The notes below the pieces were generated by a model, which did no database searches, had not been told where the DNA came from, and was given only the letters and a program-made list of their open reading frames with translations. From Lingula anatina (taxonomy: Eukaryota; Animalia; Brachiopoda), in contig CM120649.1 of the NCBI GenBank assembly GCA_051362555.1, positions 10,478,001 through 10,542,000 on the forward strand: a stretch of DNA of 64,000 bases. Direction: 5' to 3'. Positions 13,101-28,100 of the stretch are shown in pieces (within the stretch, counting starts at the first letter, position 1; the number at the start of each line of letters is the position of its first letter). A program made the position numbers and the translations under genes.

Positions 13101-16100
13101 AACAAATATTTCAATATTCCAATAAATCATTTTATCTCAAAACAAACCATCAGATGTGATGACTTGTGTTTGTTTGTGTAGGAAGTGGCAAATTACCTAT
13201 TATTGTCTTCTGAAAAGCAACATATACCCAATCAAGATTTCTCCTTACTACCAATACCAGATGCAGATTCCTCCTTACAGTGGGTTTCTGGAATCAGGCT
13301 GTTAGAACACCATTTCACCATGTCCTAGATCTCCCACATATCATGTATTGTACACATGGATGAGACATAGCACTGCTCTTGATGTTGCCCTTCACTGCCT
13401 GTTTTTTCTATAGGCATTAACCATGAATAGACAGATAGAGTCTGTCCACCAACAAGCCACCAGGCTGCAAGGAAAGGTTTACCTGCAAAAAGGGCAAAGT
13501 CCATGGCGTAAAATATTTAAACGTTAATAATTTTAACAAATCTGGTCCAATGTTTGTGAAATTTGTACAAATGATGCCTAATAAAAATAAAAATCTGACA
13601 TAATCTAAGCAGTTGACTGTGTGAAATGAAAATGATTTTTCAGACAATATATTCGAGAAACCTCAAAATTACATTGAAAACATTGGTAAATTCCAAGGCT
13701 TAAAATAGTTAAACGTTAATAATTTTAACAAATATGGTCATATGTTTGTGAAATTTGTACAAATGATGCCTAATAACAGTAAAAAACTGAGATAAAATTA
13801 TCAGTTGACTGTGTGTAATTAAAGTGACTTTTCAGACAATATATTCGAGAAAATGACGTTGAAAACTTTGGCAAATTCCAAGGCTTAAAATAGTTAAACG
13901 TTAATAATTTTGACAAATCTGGTCCAATGTTTGTGAAATTTGTACAAATGATGCCTAATATCAGTAAAAATCTGAGATAAAATTATCAGTTGACTGTGTG
14001 TAATTAAAGTGATTTTTCAGACAATATATTTGAGAAAACCGAAAATTACGTTGAAAACATTGGCAAATTCCAAGGCTTAAAATAGTTAAACGTTAATAAT
14101 TTTAAGAAATCTGGTCATATGTTTGTGAAATTTGTACAAATGATGCCTAATAACAGTAAAAATCTGAGATAAAATTATCAGTTGACTGTGTGTAATTAAA
14201 GTGACTTTTCAGACAATATATTCGAGAAAATCGAAAATGACGTTGAAAACTTTGGCAAATTCCAAGGCTTAAAATAGTTAAACGTTAATAATTTTGACAA
14301 ATCTGGTCCAATGTTTGTGAAATTTGTACAAATGATGCCTAATATCAGTAAAAATCTGAGATAAAATTATCAGTTGACTGTGTTTAATTAAAGTGTATTT
14401 TATTACCAATTGATTCCAGAAGAGTGAGAATTTATGAAAACAAATATTTCAATATTCCAATAAATCATTTTATCTCAAAACAAACCATCAGATGTGATGA
14501 CTTGTGTTTGTTTGTGTAGGAAGTGGCAAATTACCTATTATTGTCTTCTGAAAAGCAACATATACCCAATCAAGATTTCTCCTTACTACCAATACCAGAT
14601 GCAGATTCCTCCTTACAGTGGGTTTCTGGAATCAGGCTGTTAGAACACCATTTCACCATGTCCTAGATCTCCCACATATCATGTATTGTACACATGGATG
14701 AGACATAGCACTGCTCTTGATGTTATCCTTCACTGCCTGTTTTTTCTATAGGCATTAACCATGAATAGACAGATAGAGTCCGTCCACCAACAAGCCACCA
14801 GGCTGCAAGGAAAGGTTTACCTGGAAAAAGGGCAAAGTCCATGGCGTAAAATATTTAAACGTTAATAATTTTAACAAATCTGGTCCAATGTTTGTGAAAT
14901 TTGTACAAATGATGCCTAATAACAGTAAAAGTCTGAGATAAAATTATCAGTTGACTGTGTGTAATTAAAGTGACTTTTCAGACAATATATTCGAGAAAAT
15001 CGAAAATGACGTTGAAAACTTTGGCAAATTCCAAGGCTTAAAATAGTTAAACGTTAATAATTTTGACAAATCTGGTCCAATGTTTGTGAAATTTGTACAA
15101 ATGATGCCTAATATCAGTAAAAATCTGAGATAAAATTATCAGTTGACTGTGTTTAATTAAAGTGATTTTTCAGACAATATATTTGAGAAAACCGAAAATT
15201 ACGTTGAAAACATTGGCAAATTCCAAGGCTTAAAATAGTTAAACGTTAATAATTTTGACAAATCTGGTCACATGTTTGTGAAATTTGTACAAATGATGCC
15301 TAATAACAATAAAAATCTGAAATAAGCTTATCACTTCACTGTTTCTAATTTAAGTGTATTTTATTACCAATTGATTCCAGAAGAGTGAGAATTTATGAAA
15401 ACAAATATTTCTATATTCCAATAAATCATTTTATCTCAAATAAAACATCAGATGTGATGACTTGTGTTTGTTTGTGTAGGAAGTGGCAAATTACCTATTA
15501 TTGTCTTCTAAAAAGCAACATATACCCAATCAAGACTTCTCCTTACTACCAATACCAGATGCAGATTCCTCCTTACAGTGGGTTTCTGGAATCAGGCTGT
15601 TAGAACACCATTTCACCATGTCCTAGATCTTCCCACATATCAAGTATTGTACACATGGATGAGACATAGCACTGCTCTTGATGTTGTCTTTCACTGCCCG
15701 TTTTTTTTCTACACGCATTAACCATGAATAGACAGATAGAGTTTGTCAACCAACAAGCCACCAGGCCGCAAGGAAAGTTTTACCTGGAAAAAGGGCAAAG
15801 TCCATGGCTTAAAATAGTTAAACGTTAATAATTTTGACAAATCTGGTCATATGTTTGTGAAATTTGTACAAATGATGCCTAATAACAATAAAAATCTGAA
15901 ATAAGTTGATCACTTCACTATTTCTAATTTAAGTGTATTTTATTACCAATTGATTTTGGAAGAGTGAGAATTTATCAAAAGCAAATATTTTAATATTCCA
16001 ATAAATCATTTTATCTCAAATAAAACATCAGATGTGATGACTTGTGTTTGTTTGTGTAGGAAGTGGCAAATTACCTATTATTGTCTTCTGAAAAGCAACA

Positions 16101-19100
16101 TATACCCAACCAAGACTTCTCATTACTACCAATACCAGATGCAGATTCCTCCTAACAGTGGGTTTCTGGAATCAGGCTGTTAGAACACCATTTCACCATG
16201 TCCTAGATCTCCCACATATCATGTATTGTACACATGGATGAGACATAGCACTGCTCTTGATGTTGTCCTTCTCTGCCTGTTTTTTCTATAGGCATTAACC
16301 ATGAATAGACAGATAGAGTCCATCCACCAACAAGCCACCAGGCTGCAAGGAAAGGTTTACCTGCAAAAAGGGCAAAGTCCATGGCGTAAAATATTTAAAC
16401 GTTAATAATTTTAACAAATCTGGTCCAATGTTTGTGAAATTTGTACAAATGATGCCTAATAAAAATAAAAATCTGACATAATCTAAGCAGTTGACTGTGT
16501 GAAATGAAAATGATTTTTCAGACCATATATTCGAGAAACCTCAAAATTACATTGAAAACATTGGTAAATTCCAAGGCTTAAAATAGTTAAACGTTAATAA
16601 TTTTAACAAATCTGGTCATATGTTTGTGAAATTTGTACAAATGATGCCTAATAACAGTAAAAATCTGAGATAAAATTATCAGTTGACTGTGTGTAATTAA
16701 AGTGACTTTTCAGACAATATATTCGAGAAAATGACGTTGAAAACTTTGGCAAATTCCAAGGCTTAAAATAGTTAAACGTTAATAATTTTGACAAATCTGG
16801 TCCAATGTTTGTGAAATTTGTACAAATGATGCCTAATATCAGTAAAAATCTGAGATAAAATTATCAGTTGACTGTGTGTAATTAAAGTGATTTTTCAGAC
16901 AATATATTTGAGAAAACCGAAAATTACGTTGAAAACATTGGCAAATTCCAAGGCTTAAAATAGTTAAACGTTAATAATTTTAAGAAATCTGGTCATATGT
17001 TTGTGAAATTTGTACAAATGATGCCTAATAACAGTAAAAGTCTGAGATAAAATTATCAGTTGACTGTGTGTAATTAAAGTGACTTTTCAGACAATATATT
17101 CGAGAAAATCGAAAATGACGTTGAAAACTTTGGCAAATTCCAAGGCTTAAAATAGTTAAACGTTAATAATTTTGACAAATCTGGTCCAATGTTTGTGAAA
17201 TTTGTACAAATGATGCCTAATATCAGTAAAAATCTGAGATAAAATTATCAGTTGACTGTGTTTAATTAAAGTGATTTTTCAGACAATATATTTGAGAAAA
17301 CCGAAAATTACGTTGAAAACATTGGCAAATTCCAAGGCTTAAAATAGTTAAACGTTAATAATTTTGACAAATCTGGTCCAATGTTTGTGAAATTTGTACA
17401 AATGATGCCTAATAACAATAAAAATCTGAAATAAGCTTATCACTTCACTGTTTCTAATTTAAGTGTATTTTATTACCAATTGATTCCAGAAGAGTGAGAA
17501 TTTATGAAAACAAATATTTCAATATTCCAATAAATCATTTTATCTCAAAACAAACCATCAGATGTGATGACTTGTGTTTGTTTGTGTAGGAAGTGGCAAA
17601 TTACCTATTATTGTCTTCTGAAAAGCAACATATACCCAATCAAGATTTCTCCTTACTACCAATACCAGATGCAGATTCCTCCTTACAGTGGGTTTCTGAA
17701 ATCAGGCTGTTAGAACACCATTTCACCATGTCCTAGATCTCCCACATATCATGTATTGTACACATGGATGAGACATAGCACTGCTCTTGATGTTGTCCTT
17801 CACTGCCTGTTTTTTCTATAGGCATTAACCATGAATAGACAGATAGAGTCCGTCCACCAACAAGCCACCAGGCTGCAAGGAAAGGTTTACCTGCAAAAAG
17901 GGCAAAGTCCATGGCGTAAAATATTTAAACGTTAATAATTTTAACAAATCTGGTCCAATGTTTGTGAAATTTGTACAAATGATGCCTAATAAAAATAAAA
18001 ATCTGACATAATCTAAGCAGTTGACTGTGTGAAATGAAAATGATTTTTCAGACAATATATTCGAGAAACCTCAAAATTACATTGAAAACATTGGTAAATT
18101 CCAAGGCTTAAAATAGTTAAACGTTAATAATTTTAACAAATATGGTCATATGTTTGTGAAATTTGTACAAATGATGCCTAATAACAGTAAAAAACTGAGA
18201 TAAAATTATCAGTTGACTGTGTGTAATTAAAGTGACTTTTCAGACAATATATTTGAGAAAATGACGTTGAAAACTTTGGCAAATTCCAAGGCTTAAAATA
18301 GTTAAACGTTAATAATTTTGACAAATCTGGTCCAATGTTTGTGAAATTTGTACAAATGATGCCTAATATCAGTAAAAATCTGAGATAAAATTATCAGTTG
18401 ACTGTGTGTAATTAAAGTGATTTTTCAGACAATATATTTGAGAAAACCGAAAATTACGTTGAAAACATTGGCAAATTCCAAGGCTTAAAATAGTTAAACG
18501 TTAATAATTTTAAGAAATCTGGTCATATGTTTGTGAAATTTGTACAAATGATGCCTAATAACAGTAAAAGTCTGAGATAAAATTATCAGTTGACTGTGTG
18601 TAATTAAAGTGACTTTTCAGACAATATATTCGAGAAAATCGAAAATGACGTTGAAAACTTTGGCAAATTCCAAGGCTTAAAATAGTTAAACGTTAATAAA
18701 TTTGACAAATCTGGTCCAATGTTTGTGAAATTTGTACAAATGATGCCTAATATCAGTAAAAATCTGAGATAAAATTATCAGTTGACTGTGTGTAATTAAA
18801 GTAATTTTCAGACAATATATTTGAGAAAACCGAAAATTACGTTGAAAACATTGGCAAATTCCAAGGCTTAAAATAGTTAAACGTTAATAATTTTAACAAA
18901 TATGGTCATATGTTTGTGAAATTTGTACAAATGATGCCTAATAACAGTAAAAATCTGAGATAAAATTATCAGTTGACTGTGTTTAATTAAAGTGATTTTT
19001 CAGACAATATATTTGAGAAAACCGAAAATTACGTTGAAAACATTGGCAAATTCCAAGGCTTAAAATAGTTAAACGTTAATAATTTTGACAAATCTGGTCC

Positions 19101-22100
19101 AATGTTTGTGAAATTTGTACAAATGATGCCTAATAACAATAAAAATCTGAAATAAGCTTACCATTTCACTGTTTCTAATTTAAGTGTATTTTATTAGCAA
19201 TTGATTCCAGAAGAGTGAGAATTTATGAAAACAAATATTTCAATATTCCAATAAATCATTTTATCTCAAAACAAACCATCAGATGTGATGACTTGTGTTT
19301 GTTTGTGTAGGAAGTGGCAAATTACCTATTATTGTCTTCTGAAAAGCAACATATACCCAATCAAGATTTCTCCTTACTACCAATACCAGATGCAGATTCC
19401 TCCTTACAGTGGGTTTCTGGAATCAGGCTGTTAGAACACCATTTCACCATGTCCTAGATCTCCCACATATCATGTATTGTACACATGGATGAGACATAGC
19501 ACTGCTCTTGATGTTGTCTTTCACTGCCTGTTTTTTCTATAGGCATTAACCATGAATAGACAGATAGAGTCCGTCCACCAACAAGCCACCAGGTTGCAAG
19601 GAAAGGTTTACCTGCAAAAAGGGCAAAGTCCATGGCGTAAAATATTTAAACGTTAATAATTTTAACAAATCTGGTCCAATGTTTGTGAAATTTGTACAAA
19701 TGATGCCTAATAAAAATAAAAATCTGACATAATCTAAGCAGTTGACTGTGTGAAATGAAAATGATTTTTCAGACAATATATTCGAGAAACCTCAAAATTA
19801 CATTGAAAACATTGGTAAATTCCAAGGCTTAAAATAGTTAAACGTTAATAATTTTAACAAATCTGGTCATATGTTTGTGAAATTTGTACAAATGATGCCT
19901 AATAACAGTAAAAATCTGAGATAAAATTATCAGTTGACTGTGTGTAATTAAAGTGACTTTTCAGACAATATATTCGAGAAAATGACGTTGAAAACTTTGG
20001 CAAATTCCAAGGCTTAAAATAGTTAAACGTTAATAATTTTGACAAATCTGGTCCAATGTTTGTGAAATTTGTACAAATGATGCCTAATATCAGTAAAAAT
20101 CTGAGATAAAATTATCAGTTGACTGTGTGTAATTAAAGTGATTTTTCAGACAATATATTTGAGAAAACCGAAAATTACGTTGAAAACATTGGCAAATTCC
20201 AAGGCTTAAAATAGTTAAACGTTAATAATTTTAACAAATATGGTCATATGTTTGTGAAATTTGTACAAATGATGCCTAATAACAGTAAAAGTCTGAGATA
20301 AAATTATCAGTTGACTGTGTGTAATTAAAGTGACTTTTCAGACAATATATTTGAGAAAACCGAAAATTACGTTGAAAACATTGGCAAATTCCAAGGCTTA
20401 AAATAGTTAAACGTTAATAATTTTGACAAATCTGGTCCAATGTTTGTGAAATTTGTACAAATGATGCCTAATAACAATAAAAATCTGAAATAAGCTTATC
20501 ACTTCACTGTTTCTAATTTAAGTGTATTTTATTACCAATTGATTCCAGAAGAGTGAGAATTTATGAAAACAAATATTTCAATATTCCAATAAATCATTTT
20601 ATCTCAAAACAAACCATCAGATGTGATGACTTGTGTTTGTTTGTGTAGGAAGTGGCAAATTACCTATTATTGTCTTCTGAAAAGCAACATATACCCAATC
20701 AAGATTTCTCCTTACTACCAATACCAGATGCAGATTCCTCCTTACAGTGGGTTTCTGGAATCAGGCTGTTAGAACACCATTTCACCATGTCCTAGATCTC
20801 CCACATATCATGTATTGTACACATGGATGAGACATAGCACTGCTCTTGATGTTGTCTTTCACTGCCTGTTTTTTCTATAGGCATTAACCATGAATAGACA
20901 GATAGAGTCCGTCCACCAACAAGCCACCAGGTTGCAAGGAAAGGTTTACCTGCAAAAAGGGCAAAGTCCATGGCGTAAAATATTTAAACGTTAATAATTT
21001 TAACAAATCTGGTCCAATGTTTGTGAAATTTGTACAAATGATGCCTAATAAAAATAAAAATCTGACATAATCTAAGCAGTTGACTGTGTGAAATGAAAAT
21101 GATTTTTCAGACAATATATTCGAGAAACCTCAAAATTACTTTGAAAACATTGGTAAATTCCAAGGCTTAAAATAGTTAAACGTTAATAATTTTAACAAAT
21201 CTGGTCATATGTTTGTGAAATTTGTACAAATGATGCCTAATAACAGTAAAAATCTGAGATAAAATTATCAGTTGACTGTGTGTAATTAAAGTGACTTTTC
21301 AGACAATATATTCGAGAAAATGACGTTGAAAACTTTGGCAAATTCCAAGGCTTAAAATAGTTAAACGTTAATAATTTTGACAAATCTGGTCCAATGTTTG
21401 TGAAATTTGTACAAATGATGCCTAATATCAGTAAAAATCTGAGATAAAATTATCAGTTGACTGTGTGTAATTAAAGTGATTTTTCAGACAATATATTTCA
21501 GAAAACCGAAAATTACGTTGAAAACATTGGCAAATTCCAAGGCTTAAAATAGTTAAACGTTAATAATTTTAACAAATATGGTCATATGTTTGTGAAATTT
21601 GTACAAATGATGCCTAATAATAGTAAAAGTCTGAGATAAAATTATCAGTTGACTGTGTGTAATTAAAGTGACTTTTCAGACAATATATTCGAGAAAATCG
21701 AAAATGACGTTGAAAACTTTGGCAAATTCCAAGGCTTAAAATAGTTAAACGTTAATAATTTTTAACAAATATGGTCATATGTTTGTGAAATTTGTACAAA
21801 TGATGCCTAATAACAGTAAAAGTCTGAGATAAAATTATCAGTTGACTGTGTGTAATTAAAGTGACTTTTCAGACAATATATTCGAGAAAATCGAAAATGA
21901 CGTTGAAAACTTTGGCAAATTCCAAGGCTTAAAATAGTTAAACGTTAATAATTTTGACAAATCTGGTCCAATGTTTGTGAAATTTGTACAAATGATGCCT
22001 AATATCAGTAAAAGTCTGAGATAAAATTATCAGTTGACTGTGTTTAATTAAAGTGATTTTTCAGACAATATATTTGAGAAAACCGAAAATTACGTTGAAA

Positions 22101-25100
22101 ACATTGGCAAATTCCAAGGCTTAAAATAGTTAAACGTTAATAATTTTGACAAATCTGGTCACATGTTTGTGAAATTTGTACAAATGATGCCTAATAACAA
22201 TAAAAATCTGAAATAAGCTTATCACTTCACTGTTTCTAATTTAAGTGTATTTTATTACCAATTGATTCCAGAAGAGTGAGAATTTATGAAAACAAATATT
22301 TCTATATTCCAATAAATCATTTTATCTCAAATAAAACATCAGATGTGATGACTTGTGTTTGTTTGTGTAGGAAGTGGCAAATTACCTATTATTGTCTTCT
22401 AAAAAGCAACATATACCCAATCAAGACTTCTCCTTACTACCAATACCAGATGCAGATTCCTCCTTACAGTGGGTTTCTGGAATCAGGCTGTTAGAACACC
22501 ATTTCACCATGTCCTAGATCTTCCCACATATCAAGTATTGTACACATGGATGAGACATAGCACTGCTCTTGATGTTGTCTTTCACTGCCCGTTTTTTTTC
22601 TACACGCATTAACCATGAATAGACAGATAGAGTCTGTCAACCAACAAGCCACCAGGCCGCAAGGAAAGTTTTACCTGGAAAAAGGGCAAAGTCCATGGCT
22701 TAAAATAGTTAAACGTTAATAATTTTGACAAATCTGGTCATATGTTTGTGAAATTTGTACAAATGATGCCTAATAACAATAAAAATCTGAAATAAGTTGA
22801 TCACTTCACTATTTCTAATTTAAGTGTATTTTATTACCAATTGATTTTGGAAGAGTGAGAATTTATCAAAAGCAAATATTTTAATATTCCAATAAATCAT
22901 TTTATCTCAAATAAAACATCAGATGTGATGACTTGTGTTTGTTTGTGTAGGAAGTGGCAAATTACCTATTATTGTCTTCTGAAAAGCAACATATACCCAA
23001 CCAAGACTTCTCATTACTACCAATACCAGATGCAGATTCCTCCTAACAGTGGGTTTCTGGAATCAGGCTGTTAGAACACCATTTCACCATGTCCTAGATC
23101 TCCCACATATCATGTATTGTACACATGGATGAGACATAGCACTGCTCTTGATGTTGTCCTTCTCTGCCTGTTTTTTCTATAGGCATTAACCATGAATAGA
23201 CAGATAGAGTCCGTCCACCAACAAGCCACCAGGCTGCAAGGAAAGGTTTACCTGCAAAAAGGGCAAAGTCCATGGCGTAAAATATTTAAACGTTAATAAT
23301 TTTAACAAATCTGGTCCAATGTTTGTGAAATTTGTACAAATGATGCCTAATAAAAATAAAAATCTGACATAATCTAAGCAGTTGACTGTGTGAAATGAAA
23401 ATGATTTTTCAGACCATATATTCGAGAAACCTCAAAATTACATTGAAAACATTGGTAAATTCCAAGGCTTAAAATAGTTAAACGTTAATAATTTTAACAA
23501 ATATGGTCATATGTTTGTGAAATTTGTACAAATGATGCCTAATAACAGTAAAAATCTGAGATAAAATTATCAGTTGACTGTGTGTAATTAAAGTGACTTT
23601 TCAGACAATATATTCGAGAAAATGACGTTGAAAACTTTGGCAAATTCCAAGGCTTAAAATAGTTAAACGTTAATAATTTTGACAAATCTGGTCCAATGTT
23701 TGTGAAATTTGTACAAATGATGCCTAATATCAGTAAAAATCTGAGATAAAATTATCAGTTGACTGTGTGTAATTAAAGTGATTTTTCAGACAATATATTT
23801 GAGAAAACCGAAAATTACGTTGAAAACATTGGCAAATTCCAAGGCTTAAAATAGTTAAACGTTAATAATTTTAAGAAATCTGGTCATATGTTTGTGAAAT
23901 TTGTACAAATGATGCCTAATAACAGTAAAAGTCTGAGATAAAATTATCAGTTGACTGTGTGTAATTAAAGTGACTTTTCAGACAATATATTCGAGAAAAT
24001 CGAAAATGACGTTGAAAACTTTGGCAAATTCCAAGGCTTAAAATAGTTAAACGTTAATAATTTTGACAAATCTGGTCCAATGTTTGTGAAATTTGTACAA
24101 ATGATGCCTAATATCAGTAAAAATCTGAGATAAAATTATCAGTTGACTGTGTTTAATTAAAGTGATTTTTCAGACAATATATTTGAGAAAACCGAAAATT
24201 ACGTTGAAAACATTGGCAAATTCCAAGGCTTAAAATAGTTAAACGTTAATAATTTTGACAAATCTGGTCCAATGTTTGTGAAATTTGTACAAATGATGCC
24301 TAATAACAATAAAAATCTGAAATAAGCTTATCACTTCACTGTTTCTAATTTAAGTGTATTTTATTACCAATTGATTCCAGAAGAGTGAGAATTTATGAAA
24401 ACAAATATTTCAATATTCCAATAAATCATTTTATCTCAAAACAAACCATCAGATGTGATGACTTGTGTTTGTTTGTGTAGGAAGTGGCAAATTACCTATT
24501 ATTGTCTTCTGAAAAGCAACATATACCCAATCAAGATTTCTCCTTACTACCAATACCAGATGCAGATTCCTCCTTACAGTGGGTTTCTGGAATCAGGCTG
24601 TTAGAACACCATTTCACCATGTCCTAGATCTCCCACATATCATGTATTGTACACATGGATGAGACATAGCACTGCTCTTGATGTTGCCCTTCACTGCCTG
24701 TTTTTTCTATAGGCATTAACCATGAATAGACAGATAGAGTCTGTCCACCAACAAGCCACCAGGCTGCAAGGAAAGGTTTACCTGCAAAAAGGGCAAAGTC
24801 CATGGCGTAAAATATTTAAACGTTAATAATTTTAACAAATCTGGTCCAATGTTTGTGAAATTTGTACAAATGATGCCTAATAAAAATAAAAATCTGACAT
24901 AATCTAAGCAGTTGACTGTGTGAAATGAAAATGATTTTTCAGACAATATATTCGAGAAACCTCAAAATTACATTGAAAACATTGGTAAATTCCAAGGCTT
25001 AAAATAGTTAAACGTTAATAATTTTAACAAATATGGTCATATGTTTGTGAAATTTGTACAAATGATGCCTAATAACAGTAAAAAACTGAGATAAAATTAT

Positions 25101-28100
25101 CAGTTGACTGTGTGTAATTAAAGTGACTTTTCAGACAATATATTCGAGAAAATGACGTTGAAAACTTTGGCAAATTCCAAGGCTTAAAATAGTTAAACGT
25201 TAATAATTTTGACAAATCTGGTCCAATGTTTGTGAAATTTGTACAAATGATGCCTAATATCAGTAAAAATCTGAGATAAAATTATCAGTTGACTGTGTGT
25301 AATTAAAGTGATTTTTCAGACAATATATTTGAGAAAACCGAAAATTACGTTGAAAACATTGGCAAATTCCAAGGCTTAAAATAGTTAAACGTTAATAATT
25401 TTAAGAAATCTGGTCATATGTTTGTGAAATTTGTACAAATGATGCCTAATAACAGTAAAAGTCTGAGATAAAATTATCAGTTGACTGTGTGTAATTAAAG
25501 TGACTTTTCAGACAATATATTCGAGAAAATCGAAAATGACGTTGAAAACTTTGGCAAATTCCAAGGCTTAAAATAGTTAAACGTTAATAATTTTGACAAA
25601 TCTGGTCCAATGTTTGTGAAATTTGTACAAATGATGCCTAATATCAGTAAAAATCTGAGATAAAATTATCAGTTGACTGTGTTTAATTAAAGTGATTTTT
25701 CAGACAATATATTTGAGAAAACCGAAAATTACGTTGAAAACATTGGCAAATTCCAAGGCTTAAAATAGTTAAACGTTAATAATTTTGACAAATCTGGTCA
25801 CATGTTTGTGAAATTTGTACAAATGATGCCTAATAACAATAAAAATCTGAAATAAGCTTATCACTTCACTGTTTCTAATTTAAGTGTATTTTATTACCAA
25901 TTGATTCCAGAAGAGTGAGAATTTATGAAAACAAATATTTCTATATTCCAATAAATCATTTTATCTCAAATAAAACATCAGATGTGATGACTTGTGTTTG
26001 TTTGTGTAGGAAGTGGCAAATTACCTATTATTGTCTTCTAAAAAGCAACATATACCCAATCAAGACTTCTCCTTACTACCAATACCAGATGCAGATTCCT
26101 CCTTACAGTGGGTTTCTGGAATCAGGCTGTTAGAACACCATTTCACCATGTCCTAGATCTTCCCACATATCAAGTATTGTACACATGGATGAGACATAGC
26201 ACTGCTCTTGATGTTGTCTTTCACTGCCCGTTTTTTTTCTACACGCATTAACCATGAATAGACAGATAGAGTTTGTCAACCAACAAGCCACCAGGCCGCA
26301 AGGAAAGTTTTACCTGGAAAAAGGGCAAAGTCCATGGCTTAAAATAGTTAAACGTTAATAATTTTGACAAATCTGGTCATATGTTTGTGAAATTTGTACA
26401 AATGATGCCTAATAACAATAAAAATCTGAAATAAGTTGATCACTTCACTATTTCTAATTTAAGTGTATTTTATTACCAATTGATTTTGGAAGAGTGAGAA
26501 TTTATCAAAAGCAAATATTTTAATATTCCAATAAATCATTTTATCTCAAATAAAACATCAGATGTGATGACTTGTGTTTGTTTGTGTAGGAAGTGGCAAA
26601 TTACCTATTATTGTCTTCTGAAAAGCAACATATACCCAACCAAGACTTCTCATTACTACCAATACCAGATGCAGATTCCTCCTAACAGTGGGTTTCTGGA
26701 ATCAGGCTGTTAGAACACCATTTCACCATGTCCTAGATCTCCCACATATCATGTATTGTACACATGGATGAGACATAGCACTGCTCTTGATGTTGTCCTT
26801 CTCTGCCTGTTTTTTCTATAGGCATTAACCATGAATAGACAGATAGAGTCCATCCACCAACAAGCCACCAGGCTGCAAGGAAAGGTTTACCTGCAAAAAG
26901 GGCAAAGTCCATGGCGTAAAATATTTAAACGTTAATAATTTTAACAAATCTGGTCCAATGTTTGTGAAATTTGTACAAATGATGCCTAATAAAAATAAAA
27001 ATCTGACATAATCTAAGCAGTTGACTGTGTGAAATGAAAATGATTTTTCAGACCATATATTCGAGAAACCTCAAAATTACATTGAAAACATTGGTAAATT
27101 CCAAGGCTTAAAATAGTTAAACGTTAATAATTTTAACAAATCTGGTCATATGTTTGTGAAATTTGTACAAATGATGCCTAATAACAGTAAAAGTCTGAGA
27201 TAAAATTATCAGTTGACTGTGTGTAATTAAAGTGACTTTTCAGACAATATATTCGAGAAAATCGAAAATGACGTTGAAAACTTTGGCAAATTCCAAGGCT
27301 TAAAATAGTTAAACGTTAATAATTTTGACAAATCTGGTCCAATGTTTGTGAAATTTGTACAAATGATGCCTAATATCAGTAAAAATCTGAGATAAAATTA
27401 TCAGTTGACTGTGTGTAATTCAAGTGACTTTTCAGACAATATATTCGAGAAAATCGAAAATGACGTTGAAAACTTTGGCAAATTCCAAGGCTTAAAATAG
27501 TTAAACGTTAATAATTTTGACAAATCTGGTCCAATGTTTGTGAAATTTGTGCAAATGATGCCTAATAACAGTAAAAATCTGAGATAAAATTATCAGTTGA
27601 CTGTGTGTAATTAAAGTGACTTTTCAGACAATATATTCGAGAAAATGACGTTGAAAACTTTGGCAAATTCCAAGGCTTAAAATAGTTAAACGTTAATAAT
27701 TTTGACAAATCTGGTCCAATGTTTGTGAAATTTGTACAAATGATGCCTAATATCAGTAAAAATCTGAGATAAAATTATCAGTTGACTGTGTGTAATTAAA
27801 GTGATTTTTCAGACAATATATTTGAGAAAACCGAAAATTACGTTGAAAACATTGGCAAATTCCAAGGCTTAAAATAGTTAAACGTTAATAATTTTAAGAA
27901 ATCTGGTCATATGTTTGTGAAATTTGTACAAATGATGCCTAATAACAGTAAAAGTCTGAGATAAAATTATCAGTTGACTGTGTGTAATTAAAGTGACTTT
28001 TCAGACAATATATTCGAGAAAATCGAAAATGACGTTGAAAACTTTGGCAAATTCCAAGGCTTAAAATAGTTAAACGTTAATAAATTTGACAAATCTGGTC

